Of a stretch of 64,000 nucleotides of DNA, positions 1 to 9,777 are shown piece by piece. The position numbers and the translations under genes are program-made. Numbering within the stretch: the first letter of the stretch is position 1; the number at the start of each line of letters is the position of its first letter. The DNA comes from Planctomycetota bacterium (GTDB taxonomy: Bacteria > Planctomycetota > B15-G4 > JADJEK01). The stretch spans positions 55,888 through 119,887 of the forward strand of contig JBGAIQ010000017.1 in NCBI GenBank assembly GCA_044225365.1, read 5' to 3'. The notes beneath the pieces are model-generated. The model had not been told where the DNA came from. It saw only the letters and a list, made by a program, of their open reading frames with translations, and searched no databases.

Positions 1-1508
1 TGTCGCAACTTGCGATTGAGGATCGCCATCTGCGCGAGTTGGTCGCGCATGCGGACGTGATCGCGTTCGACGCGATCCTGAAGGCGCGCGAGTCGCTCGC
101 CGGCGGTAACTCGAGCGAGGAGGACCGGCGGATTGATCGGCTTCGACACGTAGTCGTCGGCGCCGGCCTCGAATGCCTTGATGACGTGGGCTTCGTCGTC
201 GATTCCCGTGAGCACGAGCACGTACATCTTGCGCCCGATCTCGGTATCGCGGAGTCGGGCGCATACGGCCACGCCGTCGAGTTCCGGCATCTGCCAGTCC
301 GTCACGACGATGTGCGGATTGTGTTCGAGAGCCTGAGCAAGGGCCTCCTTGCCGTCCTTCGCCTCGATGACCTGGAAGCCGACCTTCTTCAGGTGGGAAC
401 CCAGGACTCGGCGCGTGATCGGATCGTCGTCCGCGATCAGTACGGTCATCTGATTGCGCGTGAGCTCTTCGTTCTTCCAGCGCTCGAACGTGGCTTCGAT
501 CGACTGATCGGTGGACTTGCGAGCAGAAGTCGGTGCCGAGGCGACGGTCTTCGCCGCGGGCGTCGCGGCGGCCGGCGGGACCGGTGCGCTCGCGTTCTGC
601 TTCGCGACCTCGGCGAGTTCCTTCAGCGCCGAAACTCGTTGCGTCGTGAGGCCGAGCAGCTTGCCCCAGTCCTGCCACTCGCGGGCAGCGATATCGCAGA
701 TTCGATACAGCTCGTCGAGTTCCAGGCCCGGCTCTTCGCGGCAAACCGCATGGAGGCGTTCGATGGGGGGCGCGATGTCCTTCAGCTGCGCCATGAAGAC
801 CTGTGCTGCCGGGAAGGCGAGGCGCAGGATGCGCCGGAGCTTGGCGGCAAGCGGGGGCCCTCCGACCTTGGGCACCGAGCGTTGTCCGACCGACGCGACC
901 GCTTCGCGATGAGGTTCCGGCAAGCGCCAGTCCTGGAGCATCGCGGCCGCGACTTCGCGGTGATTGATGCCGAACCGTTCGGACTCGAGTGTTGCGATCT
1001 GATCGTCGGTCGCCGTGCTCTGCGCGAGGATCATCTCGCCGTAGGGTTGTGGATGCACCGTTGCGAGCGCGAGCTTGCCGATCGTGGCGAGCAATCCGCA
1101 GATGTAGGCCTCGGCCGGCTGCGCCATTCGCGTCTCGCGCGCAATCGTCTGCGCGATGATCGCGCGGGCGAGCGCTTCGGACCAGAATCGATTGAAGTCG
1201 AAGTTGTTGCAGCGACCCGTGCGGTAACTCGAGACGAGCGAGAATCCGAGCGCCACGTTGCGTACCGCGGAGACGCCGAGACGCACGACCGCCTCGCCGA
1301 CCGTCGCGATCTCCTTGACGCCGCCGACCTGTGCACTGTTCGACATCTTGAGGAGTCGGCCCGTGAGCGCCGGGTCCGACTGGATCGTCTGCGCCAGTTG
1401 CTCGGCGGAGAAGTCCTCGTTCTGTGTGAGTTGGAGGATCTGCAGTCCCACGCCGGATGGCGACGGCAGATTTCCGGTGAGCTTGAGTTCGTCGAAGGTC
1501 GGATTCAT
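1..1508 (-). CDS. HDOD + response-regulator receiver signalling protein, 3' end beyond the window edge (a downstream GGDEF domain is likely)
   Basis: Absent from the ORF track because there is no stop in the window. Manual translation from ATG 1508 gives MNPTFDELKLTGNLPSPSGVGLQIL...IQSDPALTGRLLKMSNS (HDOD). From 449 it reads VLIADDD...VTDWQMPELDG...GADDYVSKP (REC), then a coiled coil QLAQMAILNRKLR. Confidence 0.85.
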   Translation of the reverse strand, partial: MNPTFDELKLTGNLPSPSGVGLQILQLTQNEDFSAEQLAQTIQSDPALTGRLLKMSNSAQVGGVKEIATVGEAVVRLGVSAVRNVALGFSLVSSYRTGRCNNFDFNRFWSEALARAIIAQTIARETRMAQPAEAYICGLLATIGKLALATVHPQPYGEMILAQSTATDDQIATLESERFGINHREVAAAMLQDWRLPEPHREAVASVGQRSVPKVGGPPLAAKLRRILRLAFPAAQVFMAQLKDIAPPIERLHAVCREEPGLELDELYRICDIAAREWQDWGKLLGLTTQRVSALKELAEVAKQNASAPVPPAAATPAAKTVASAPTSARKSTDQSIEATFERWKNEELTRNQMTVLIADDDPITRRVLGSHLKKVGFQVIEAKDGKEALAQALEHNPHIVVTDWQMPELDGVAVCARLRDTEIGRKMYVLVLTGIDDEAHVIKAFEAGADDYVSKPINPPVLLARVTAGERLARLQDRVERDHVRMRDQLAQMAILNRKLR

Positions 1509-1567
1509 GTTCACTTCGGGTGCCCTACACGACGTTGGCGGTTTCAGAACGGGACCGGCGCGGAATC

Positions 1568-1948
1568 TCAGCCATCGATCTTGCGAAGCGCGGCTCCCGC
1601 GCTCTCGAACTCTCGCATCGCTTTCATGACGAGGGGTTCGACGCCTTCGAGGTTGCCCGTGCGACCGCGTTGTTCGAGTTCCTTGCAGAGCTCGGCGAGG
1701 ATGCGAGCACCCATGTTCCCAGCACTCGACTTCAAGCCGTGAGCGGCTCGCTCGAGCGCCTCCGCTTGCGCAGCCTTCGCGGCAAGGCTCATCGCCTCGA
1801 GGCGCGGGGGAGAATCGGCGAGGAACGTTTCGACGAGCTCTTTGAAGAGCGTCGGATCCGAATCTCCAAGGTCGAGCAGCGACTTGATGACCTCGGCGTC
1901 GAGACACTCGGGAAGAGTCGACAGAGCAGGGTATTCTTTGTCCGACAT
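1568..1948 (-). CDS. Hpt (histidine phosphotransfer) domain protein
   Basis: LERAAHGLKSSAGNMGA Hpt motif; GGAGG upstream of ATG 1948. Confidence 0.9.
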   Translation of the reverse strand: MSDKEYPALSTLPECLDAEVIKSLLDLGDSDPTLFKELVETFLADSPPRLEAMSLAAKAAQAEALERAAHGLKSSAGNMGARILAELCKELEQRGRTGNLEGVEPLVMKAMREFESAGAALRKIDG

Positions 1949-1985
1949 TGCTCGGCTCACCTCCGTCGGGGTGGATCTCCCTCTC

Positions 1986-2008
1986 CTATCGGCGATCGAA
2001 GTCCTTGA
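1986..2008 (-). promoter_or_regulatory. possible sigma-28 (FliA)-type promoter for the Hpt/HDOD genes
   Basis: Minus strand reads TCAAG-N10-GCCGATAG. The -10 matches GCCGATAA well, but the spacer is shorter than canonical. Confidence 0.25.
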
Positions 2009-2167
2009 ACTCGATCGGAACGATTCAGGAAAGATCCTCACGCCACTCGCATTCTCTCGAGTTGCATCGCTGAAACATATCGACGCGAATCGGGCGCTTC
2101 CTGAAGACGCGATCGCGATGGTGAGAACTTTTCTGCCGAATCGGGACGCGTCGGTCGCAGCAGCCGT

Positions 2168-3685
2168 TCAGAGGTCGAACTTCACGCCTTGGGCGAGGGG
2201 CAACGCCGTTCCGTAGTTGATCGTGTTGGTCTGGCGCCGCATGTAGGCCTTCCAGCTGTCCGACCCCGATTCCCGACCACCGCCGGTCTCCTTCTCACCG
2301 CCGAAGGCCCCGCCGATCTCCGCACCCGATGTGCCGATGTTGACGTTCGCGATGCCGCAGTCGGATCCCGCCGCCGACAGGAAGAGCTCGGCCCGTCGCA
2401 GATCGGTCGTGAAGATCGCGGAGGACAGACCTTGATCGACGTCGTTCTGTAGTGCGATCGCCTCGTGCACGTCCTTCACCTTGAACGTGTACAGAATGGG
2501 AGCAAAGGTCTCCTCGCGCCAGATCGACATCGAAGCATGGGATGCGACGATCGCGGGTTCGACGAAGAATCCCTTGCGTGTGACGCGTTTTCCGCCGACC
2601 AGGACCTTGCCGCCTTGGTGGGTCGCCTTCTCGAGCGCCGCCATCATCTGATCGATCGCGCGTTCGCGGATCAGTGGGCCCATGAGCGTGCCGCTCTCCA
2701 TGGGATCGCCGATCCGGACCGAGCCGTACGCTTTCACGAGCCGTGCGACGAATGCGTCGTGGATCTTTTCGTGGATCAGCAGACGGCGCGTCGTCGTGCA
2801 CCGTTGACCCGCCGTTCCGACCGCGCCGAAAGCGACGGCCCGCAATGCGAGATCGAGATCGGCGTCCTCCATGAGCAGGATCGCGTTGTTGCCACCGAGC
2901 TCGAGCAGCGTGCGGCCGAGCCGGCCGTGCACCACCGAGGCGACGCGCTTGCCCATGCGGCAACTGCCGGTCGCGGAGACCAGCGGGATGCGCTTGTCCT
3001 GCGCCATCGCTTCGCCGAGGGATGCGCCCCCGAGAGCGAGATTGAAGACGCCCGCGATGTCGTGGCGCTTCACGATCGGCTCGATGATCTTGTGCACCGC
3101 GAGGGCGGTGAGGGGCGTCAATTCGGACGGCTTCCAGATCATCACGTCGCCGCACACGGCTGCGAGCATCGCGTTCCAGGCCCACACCGCGACCGGGAAG
3201 TTGAACGCCGTGATGATCGACACGATTCCGAGCGGATGCCACTGTTCGTACATCCGATGCATCGAGCGTTCGCTGTGCATCGAGAGTCCGTAGAGTTGGC
3301 GTGACAGGCCGACCGCGAAGTCGGCGATGTCGATCATCTCCTGGACCTCGCCTTCGCCCTCCGACAGGACCTTTCCGACTTCCAGCGAGACCAACTTGCC
3401 GAGGGCGCTCTTCTTCTCGCGCAGGGCGTCGCCGATCTGCCGCACGATCTCGCCGCGCTTCGGCGCCGGCAGGAGCCGCCACTTCAGGAACGCCTGCTCC
3501 GCGCCTTTCATGAGGCGCTCGTACGTGGCCGCGTCGCAGTCGCGGATCCTCGTGAGCGAGCTGCCCGTGGAGGGGTCGACGGATTCGGAGAACGTCTCGC
3601 CGCGCGTCTCGTAGGAGTTCATCCCGTCGTGCGCCGCGAAGGTGAGGTCTCCGAGTCCGAGTTCGGTCAGCACGGGATGAGTCAT
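2168..3685 (-). CDS. aldehyde dehydrogenase, ALDH7 family (alpha-aminoadipic semialdehyde / piperideine-6-carboxylate dehydrogenase-like)
   Basis: LLELGGNNA, GTAGQRCTT (catalytic Cys), EETFAPILY and the ALDH7 signature GAEIGGAFGGEKETGGGRESGSDSWKAY. Confidence 0.92.
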   Translation of the reverse strand: MTHPVLTELGLGDLTFAAHDGMNSYETRGETFSESVDPSTGSSLTRIRDCDAATYERLMKGAEQAFLKWRLLPAPKRGEIVRQIGDALREKKSALGKLVSLEVGKVLSEGEGEVQEMIDIADFAVGLSRQLYGLSMHSERSMHRMYEQWHPLGIVSIITAFNFPVAVWAWNAMLAAVCGDVMIWKPSELTPLTALAVHKIIEPIVKRHDIAGVFNLALGGASLGEAMAQDKRIPLVSATGSCRMGKRVASVVHGRLGRTLLELGGNNAILLMEDADLDLALRAVAFGAVGTAGQRCTTTRRLLIHEKIHDAFVARLVKAYGSVRIGDPMESGTLMGPLIRERAIDQMMAALEKATHQGGKVLVGGKRVTRKGFFVEPAIVASHASMSIWREETFAPILYTFKVKDVHEAIALQNDVDQGLSSAIFTTDLRRAELFLSAAGSDCGIANVNIGTSGAEIGGAFGGEKETGGGRESGSDSWKAYMRRQTNTINYGTALPLAQGVKFDL

Positions 3686-3845
3686 GGTCGTTCCGTTGTA
3701 GGCGATTCGTGCCCGGTGTTCGTCCGCGACGGATCTCTCGCGCGACGGAGCAAGAGACTCTCGCAGGAATTCGCCCGTCAATCAATCCAATTGGGGTAGG
3801 GCAAGTGGGGATGGCGTTGGACTCGCGACACGGTACGATGACCTC

Positions 3846-3996
3846 GCCGGAGCCGCGGCGCAGAGAACCTTCCCTCCAAGAAAGGGATTGCCTCGAACGC
3901 AGCGCGATCGACAGCACGAGTCGGTTGCATTCCTTCTTCCTTTCCACGGAACGCGAAGAAGGCCCCTGTCGGGAAGGCACGCGACGCAGCTCCGGC
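3846..3996 (+). ncRNA. candidate structured non-coding RNA or 5' leader, unassigned
   Basis: The ends pair: GCCGGAGC 3846-3853 with GCTCCGGC 3989-3996, and CCTTCCC 3868-3874 with GGGAAGG 3971-3977. There are internal hairpins with G-U pairs, and a TACGAT -10-like box at 3834-3839. Confidence 0.45.
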
Positions 3997-4036
3997 CCCT
4001 TCTCGTTCGCATCATCGATGAATCGCGGGATCGAGC

Positions 4037-5461
4037 ATGACGCTCTCGCGTCGGGCCCTCAGCAGCGCCGTTCTCCAGATCGCGGCGCGGTTGTGCTCCG
4101 CCGTCGTTTCGTTCGTCATCACGGCCGTCGCGCTCGCGAGGGTCCTGCCGCCGACCGAGTACGGTCGCTGCAGCTTCTACCTCACGCTCTTCCTCCTCGT
4201 CCTCCAGCTCGTCGACTTCGGAGCGAACCGAGCCGCGATCCGCATGATCGCGAGCAAGGAGATCGCGACGGGGCCCGCATTCCGTGCAGCGTTCGTGCTG
4301 CGCACGATCGTGGGGGTGCTCGCCTTCGGCATGATCGCTTCGATCGTGTTCGCGATGGAAGGCCGCGGGGGATCGCGAGCGCTCCTCCTCATCGCTGCGT
4401 CGCACGTCCTCACGCACGGCTTCGGTGCCGGGTCGATCCCGTTCGAATCCGAGGTCGATTTCAAGATGCCTTCGCTCTCGGTCGTCGCGGGTTGTCTCGT
4501 GTTCCTCGTCGTCGGTCTCCTTCTCGCGGCCAAGAAGGTGGCGACCGCGGAGCCGTACCTGATCGCGTACGGCGCGGGATTCCTGGTCCAGAATGGTTGG
4601 ATCTACCTCGCGGCGCGAGGGCGGCTCCGCGGAGATGCGCAGCGAGTCGATCGCACGTTTCTCGCGCGGTTGTTCCGCGAGGCGCTCCCACTCGGTCTCT
4701 CCGCGATCTCGATCGCGATCTACTACTACTGCGATACGCTCCTCCTGCGACCGCTGCGCGGCGAGGCCGACGTCGCCGCGTACTCCGTGGCCTATCGTCT
4801 GATGTCGTTCGCTCTCATGGTTCCGGTGCTCGTCTCGCAGGTCTTGTTCCCGGTGTTCGCGCGGTGCGCGGGAGCTGCGCCGGAGATCCTCGGGAAGGCG
4901 GTCCGGCGCGCAACGTTCTACATGGCTTATGGCGCCGCGGCTGTTTCCGCCGTTCTCTTCGTCCTGGCCGAGCCGATGCTCGGATTCGTATACGGCGAGG
5001 CCTATCGCGGCTCCGCTCCCGTCCTGCGCGTCCTCGGTGTCGCGATCGTGATCGTCTATCTCACTTATCCGCACACGACGGCCCTCATCGCGATCGGGCG
5101 CGCGAAGCAGTTCACGGCGATCACGGTCGCCTCGGCGGTCCTCAACGTGGCGTTGAACCTGATCGTGCTTCCGCGATTCGGTCCCATCGGCGCTGCCGGG
5201 ACGACGCTCGTGACCGAGGTCTTCGTCTTCGTCTGCGGAGCCTATCTCCTGTGGCGGGCGGCGGGCGTGCATGGACTGCATACGGGACTCCTGCCCGCGC
5301 TCGTCGTGTTCGGCGCGAGCTTCGTCGCGATGACGCTGCTCGCGTCGCACTGGCCGTTCCTCGCACTCCTCGGGGTCGGCGTGATCGTTCCCGTCCTCCT
5401 TCTCGTGCCCCTGCGCGCGTGGCCGTTCGATCTGCGCGTCGAGGAAGGAGACCTCGCTTGA
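4037..5461 (+). CDS. polysaccharide flippase (Wzx/MOP superfamily)
   Basis: About 12-14 hydrophobic segments; ARVLPPTEYG, LVDFG, YYYCDTLLL...VAAYSVAYRL, LNLIVLPRFGPIGAAGTT. Confidence 0.9.
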   Translation: MTLSRRALSSAVLQIAARLCSAVVSFVITAVALARVLPPTEYGRCSFYLTLFLLVLQLVDFGANRAAIRMIASKEIATGPAFRAAFVLRTIVGVLAFGMIASIVFAMEGRGGSRALLLIAASHVLTHGFGAGSIPFESEVDFKMPSLSVVAGCLVFLVVGLLLAAKKVATAEPYLIAYGAGFLVQNGWIYLAARGRLRGDAQRVDRTFLARLFREALPLGLSAISIAIYYYCDTLLLRPLRGEADVAAYSVAYRLMSFALMVPVLVSQVLFPVFARCAGAAPEILGKAVRRATFYMAYGAAAVSAVLFVLAEPMLGFVYGEAYRGSAPVLRVLGVAIVIVYLTYPHTTALIAIGRAKQFTAITVASAVLNVALNLIVLPRFGPIGAAGTTLVTEVFVFVCGAYLLWRAAGVHGLHTGLLPALVVFGASFVAMTLLASHWPFLALLGVGVIVPVLLLVPLRAWPFDLRVEEGDLA

Positions 5462-6618
5462 GGATCGGGATCGACTTCCGCCCCGCGATGTTCACGCGAA
5501 CCGGTTTCGGCCGCTACGTGCTCGAACTCGCGCGCGCGCTCGGAGAACACGAATTCGCGGGGCACGAGATCAAGTTGTTCGGGGACGCATGGCGTCGGTT
5601 CGAGTACGAGCAACGAGTGCGCGAGGTGATCGAAGGATCGCGAGCGCGATTGTTTCGCGCGCGATTCCCGGGCCGTCTGCTCGAACTGCTGGCGCGCGTC
5701 GGATACAGCGTCGAATCGCGACTCTCCGGTATCGACGTCTTCCACTACACCGACTTCGTGTTCCCGCCGGTGAAGCGCGCGGCGGTCGTGACCTCGATCC
5801 ACGACGTCTCGTTCGAGGTGGACACCGCGTACCACGGACCCGAGTTCCAGCGGCACGTGCGCCCGCGCGTCGAGCGAGTCCTCGCGCGAGCGCATGCGGT
5901 CATCGTGCCGGGCGACGAGACGCGGCAGCGGCTCGCGATGCATTACGGATTCGATCCATCACGCGTCCACGTGGTGCCCTACGGTTCGGAGCACCTCCTC
6001 GCGATCCCACCGCGCGAGCAACTCGCGGACGCGCGACTTACTCGCCTTCGAATCGCGGCGCCGTTCATCCTGTGCGTGGGCACCATCGAACCTCGGAAGA
6101 ATCACGCGCGCCTCCTGCGCGCCTTCCAGACCTTGTTGCGAACGATTCCGCATCATCTCGTCGTCGTGGGAGGATTCGGTTGGTTGTGCGACGACGTCCG
6201 CACGGAACTCGCCGCGCTCTCCGGATCGAAACGGGTCCACGTGATCGAGGATTGCGAGGATGGCGAACTGCGCGCGCTCTACGCGCGCTGCGAGTTCGCG
6301 GTGTACCCGTCGCTCTACGAGGGATTCGGATTCCCCGCGGTCGAAGCGCTCGCGCTCGGCGTACCGCTCGTCACGACGCGCGGTGGCTCGCTCGGCGAAG
6401 TAGTGGGGGACGCCGCCGAATTCTGTGACCCACTCGACGAGCGATCGATCGCGGAGGCGATGCTTCGCGTTGCGACGTCGCCGGAGCGTCGAGACACGGC
6501 GAAGCGTCGCGGCCTCGCGCGAGCGGCCGAGTTGTCGTGGGCGATCAGTGCTCGCGGTCACCTGCGCGCGTACCGCGCCGCCATCGAACGCTGTGATTCG
6601 GGCGACGGGTCTCGATAG
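5458..6618 (+). CDS. glycosyltransferase family 4
   Basis: TTG start overlapping the flippase stop. RIGIDF, TGFGRY, SIHD, VGTIEPRKN, YPSLYEGFGFPAVEALALG. Confidence 0.9.
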   Translation: MRIGIDFRPAMFTRTGFGRYVLELARALGEHEFAGHEIKLFGDAWRRFEYEQRVREVIEGSRARLFRARFPGRLLELLARVGYSVESRLSGIDVFHYTDFVFPPVKRAAVVTSIHDVSFEVDTAYHGPEFQRHVRPRVERVLARAHAVIVPGDETRQRLAMHYGFDPSRVHVVPYGSEHLLAIPPREQLADARLTRLRIAAPFILCVGTIEPRKNHARLLRAFQTLLRTIPHHLVVVGGFGWLCDDVRTELAALSGSKRVHVIEDCEDGELRALYARCEFAVYPSLYEGFGFPAVEALALGVPLVTTRGGSLGEVVGDAAEFCDPLDERSIAEAMLRVATSPERRDTAKRRGLARAAELSWAISARGHLRAYRAAIERCDSGDGSR

Positions 6619-6663
6619 AAACGATTTCGGGACGCCGCGCAATGGTGGCTTCGAGCCGATAAG

Positions 6664-7842
6664 ATGAAGCGCATGCGCATCGCGCTCGACGTCTCGATCC
6701 AAGAGACGCCCTACGTCACTGGCGTGGAGCGAGTTCAACGGTCGTTGATCGAAGCTCTCGCGGCGTACGACCGCGAGAACGAGTATCTGCTCGTCAGCAA
6801 GAAGCCGGTCGCGTTCGGCACGCCGCTTCCCGCTCGCTGGCGGTCCGTGCCCCTGGTGAAGCAGGGTTCGCCCTACCTGTGGCGCGAGCGCTACGTGCCC
6901 ACGATCCTCGATCGCGAGAAGATCGACGTCTTCCACTCGCCGGTCTCCGCGACGCCGATCCTCGGTCGCGCGAAGAAGATCGCGACGATCCACGAGCTCC
7001 CGTGGGTCGAGCGCGGCAAGAAGAGCGATGCATCCGAGAGCGCGCCGACCGCGCACCGCGTGTGGTTGTTCCTCAACGTGCGCTACGCCGCGCGGATCGT
7101 CTGCGTATCGGAGCGCACGAAGGAGAACGTTCTTCAGCTCTATCCCGAAGCCGCGCCACGGCTCTGCGTCATCCCGCACGGGATCGATTCCCGGTTCACG
7201 CGCCTCGATCCGCCGCCTCCCCGCAAGGAGATCCTCGCTCGACTCGGGATCGCGGATCGGCCCTTCGTCCTCTTCGTCGGGACGTTGCGTCGCAAGAAGA
7301 ACCTCCGCCTCCTCCTCGAGGCCTTCGCCGAGTTCAAGGCGGCCGATCGCAAGAAGTACGCGCTCGTGCTCGCGGGCGTGCGCGGCACGACGTTCGGCGA
7401 GATCGAGACTCTCTTGAACGACCCACGGCTCACCGGGCGCGTCTTCCTGCCGGGCTACGTCGCCGACGACGATCTCGTCGCGTTGTACAACCTCGCGAAA
7501 TGCGTGGTGTATCCGTCGCTGTTCGAGGGATTCGGACTGCCGCCGCTCGAAGCGATGGCTTGCGGCGTGCCTGTGATCGCATCGCGAGGCGGTGCGATTC
7601 CAGAGATCGTGGGCGACGCGGCCCTCGACTTCGCTCCGGACGACAAGAAAGCGCTCTCCGATGCGATGCTCTCGATGCTCGAGGACGAAGCGCTCTGCGC
7701 GCGATTCGTCGCGAAGGGGCTGGATCGCGTGAAGGCATTCACCTGGGAGCGCACCGCGAGGCGCTATCTCGAACTGTATCGCGAAGTCGGCGGGGTTGAG
7801 GACGGCGTCGCAGTCTCGAAGGAAATGGCGCACGGGGGATGA
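6664..7842 (+). CDS. glycosyltransferase family 4
   Basis: RIALD, TGVER, TIHE, FVGTLRRKKN, YPSLFEGFGLPPLEAMACG. Confidence 0.92.
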   Translation: MKRMRIALDVSIQETPYVTGVERVQRSLIEALAAYDRENEYLLVSKKPVAFGTPLPARWRSVPLVKQGSPYLWRERYVPTILDREKIDVFHSPVSATPILGRAKKIATIHELPWVERGKKSDASESAPTAHRVWLFLNVRYAARIVCVSERTKENVLQLYPEAAPRLCVIPHGIDSRFTRLDPPPPRKEILARLGIADRPFVLFVGTLRRKKNLRLLLEAFAEFKAADRKKYALVLAGVRGTTFGEIETLLNDPRLTGRVFLPGYVADDDLVALYNLAKCVVYPSLFEGFGLPPLEAMACGVPVIASRGGAIPEIVGDAALDFAPDDKKALSDAMLSMLEDEALCARFVAKGLDRVKAFTWERTARRYLELYREVGGVEDGVAVSKEMAHGG

Positions 7843-9005
7843 AGTTCCTGCTCGACGCGACCGCGATCGATCCGGGCCCGTCCGGAGCGCGAACTCGACT
7901 CCTCCATCTCCTCGCCGAATACGTCCACCTGCCGCGGCGACACGACATCGTCGTGCTCACTCCCAAGGGTCGCGGGCTGACGACCGAACTCGGTGAAGTC
8001 GGCGTCGAGTGCGTCGAGACCGATCCCGCACCACCGCCCTTCCAGCGCTGGAGGAGGGATGCGTCCTACTTCGACGAATGGCTCGAGAGGACCGAATCGG
8101 ACGCCCTGCAGGCGGAGATGCTGCCCGTTCCGCTGACGACGCGACCGCTCCTGCTCACGATCCACGATCTGCGCGACCTCGAACGCCCGCCGCTGGATCC
8201 GCGGGCGTTCTACGCCCACACGGTCTTGTCGCGTGACCTCGCGCGAGTGGAGCGCGTGATCGCGGTTTCCCAAGATACGGCGAATCTCCTCGTTCAGCGG
8301 CTGAAGGTACGCCCGGGGCAGATCAGCATCGTGAAGAACGCGCCGGATCCAGCCGTTCGCCGGGAGGATTCGCCGGAACTCATTCGCGCACTCTATGCGG
8401 CCTACGCGCTCCCGGATCGCTTCGTGCTCGCGCTCGGTCACGTCGAACCGCGCAAGAACCTCGCACTCCTCGTGCAGGCGATCCGCAGACTGCGCAAGGA
8501 TCCTCGATTCGGCGACGTCGGGGTCGTGCTCTGTGGTCGCGATGTCGCGGGCGAGGGCGATCGAATCCGATCCCTCGCGGCGAAGGCGCCCGCGATCCCG
8601 CTGCTCCTCACCGGCCCGCTCACGCCCATCGCGCGCAACGCCCTCCTCGGCCTCGCCGCGTGCGTCTGCACCCCGTCGAAGATCGAGGGCTTCGGAATCG
8701 TTCCACTCGAAGCGATGGCGGCAGGCGTGCCTTCGATCGTCGCGCGAGCCCGTGCACTCGAAGAGACCGTGGGCGATGCGGCACTCACCTGTGATCCCGA
8801 CGATCCCGACGAGCTCGCGGCGCAGATCGGTCGCGTTCTCTGCGACGAAGGACTCCGTGAAGTCCTGATCGCCAAGGGGCGCGAGCGGGCGGCGACGTTC
8901 ACCTGGCGCACGGCGGCGCAGGCCTTGCTCGAAGCGCACGATTTCGTCGCCGTCGCGCATTCGACGACGCCGCTCCAGTTGCTGCTTCAGCCCCCGGAGC
9001 CCTGA
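7839..9005 (+). CDS. glycosyltransferase family 4
   Basis: TIHDLR, LGHVEPRKN, PSKIEGFGIVPLEAMAAG; ATGA overlap with the upstream gene. Confidence 0.9.
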   Translation: MKFLLDATAIDPGPSGARTRLLHLLAEYVHLPRRHDIVVLTPKGRGLTTELGEVGVECVETDPAPPPFQRWRRDASYFDEWLERTESDALQAEMLPVPLTTRPLLLTIHDLRDLERPPLDPRAFYAHTVLSRDLARVERVIAVSQDTANLLVQRLKVRPGQISIVKNAPDPAVRREDSPELIRALYAAYALPDRFVLALGHVEPRKNLALLVQAIRRLRKDPRFGDVGVVLCGRDVAGEGDRIRSLAAKAPAIPLLLTGPLTPIARNALLGLAACVCTPSKIEGFGIVPLEAMAAGVPSIVARARALEETVGDAALTCDPDDPDELAAQIGRVLCDEGLREVLIAKGRERAATFTWRTAAQALLEAHDFVAVAHSTTPLQLLLQPPEP

Positions 9006-9736
9006 CCCTGGGGAGTGTCCAGGGAACCGCCCGGTTCGCTCGGGGCTTCGTCCTGCGGGACCTTGCGCTCGGGCGCGACGTCCTCGGTGAGCTTCATCGC
9101 TCCGTAGAAGAGGGCGACGGCGAAGAGGATCACGAAGACGATCGTGAGGAGGCGGCGAAGCGAGGATTGCTGGCCGACGTCGGCGGTGAAGAGATTCCCC
9201 GAGCGCTTCTTGTCGAGCGGCCGCGAGACCTGCGCGGCGTAGATGCTGCGGGGCGGCGGAGCGACGGGACCTCCGGCGCTGCCCGTGTTCATCGCGCTCG
9301 CTCGCGGCGGTGAAGGAGCGAAGATCTGCGTGCCACCTGTACCCGAATCGACGGTCGGCGAGAGGTGCGTCTCCTCGAGCTGGATGCCGCCTTCCTCTCC
9401 GAAGAGTTCGGCCGCGGACGGCATCGCTGTGTTCCCCGCAGCTTGGGATCCCGCGACCTCGGCGATCCGCAGCTCCACCTCTCCCAGTCGCAAGGTGTCG
9501 CCGGGCTTCAGATCGGCGCGACTGACCTTTGCCCCGTTGACGAACGTTCCATTGCTGGAATTGAGGTCGGCGACGCTGAGTTTGCCGTCGCGTTCGAAGA
9601 TCTTCGCGTGCTCGCGGGAGATCGTCGGATGGACGATGGCGATGCCCTTGCTGGGTTGTCGCCCCAGGATGACCGGAAGGTCAGGGCAGTCGTACGACTT
9701 GGTCTCGCGACCGGCTTCGAGCTGAATGAGCTTCAC
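8987..9736 (-). CDS. FHA domain membrane protein
   Basis: LGRQ...ISREHA...DLNSSNGTFVNG FHA motifs, a Pro/Ser-rich linker and one C-terminal transmembrane helix. Confidence 0.88.
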   Translation of the reverse strand: MKLIQLEAGRETKSYDCPDLPVILGRQPSKGIAIVHPTISREHAKIFERDGKLSVADLNSSNGTFVNGAKVSRADLKPGDTLRLGEVELRIAEVAGSQAAGNTAMPSAAELFGEEGGIQLEETHLSPTVDSGTGGTQIFAPSPPRASAMNTGSAGGPVAPPPRSIYAAQVSRPLDKKRSGNLFTADVGQQSSLRRLLTIVFVILFAVALFYGAMKLTEDVAPERKVPQDEAPSEPGGSLDTPQGQGSGG

Positions 9737-9777
9737 GGCGAATCCCGGAGCATGAATTTCGGAAGAGCCGGGTTATT

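Noticed and set aside
39-1742. 567-aa plus-strand ORF
   Set aside because: Antisense shadow of the HDOD-REC and Hpt genes; no motifs, typical high-GC artefact.
3709-5457. Long N-terminal extension of the 969-aa ORF, suggesting a giant GT4 fusion
   Set aside because: It is an Arg-rich off-frame reading of the flippase gene; GT4 similarity begins at TTG 5458.
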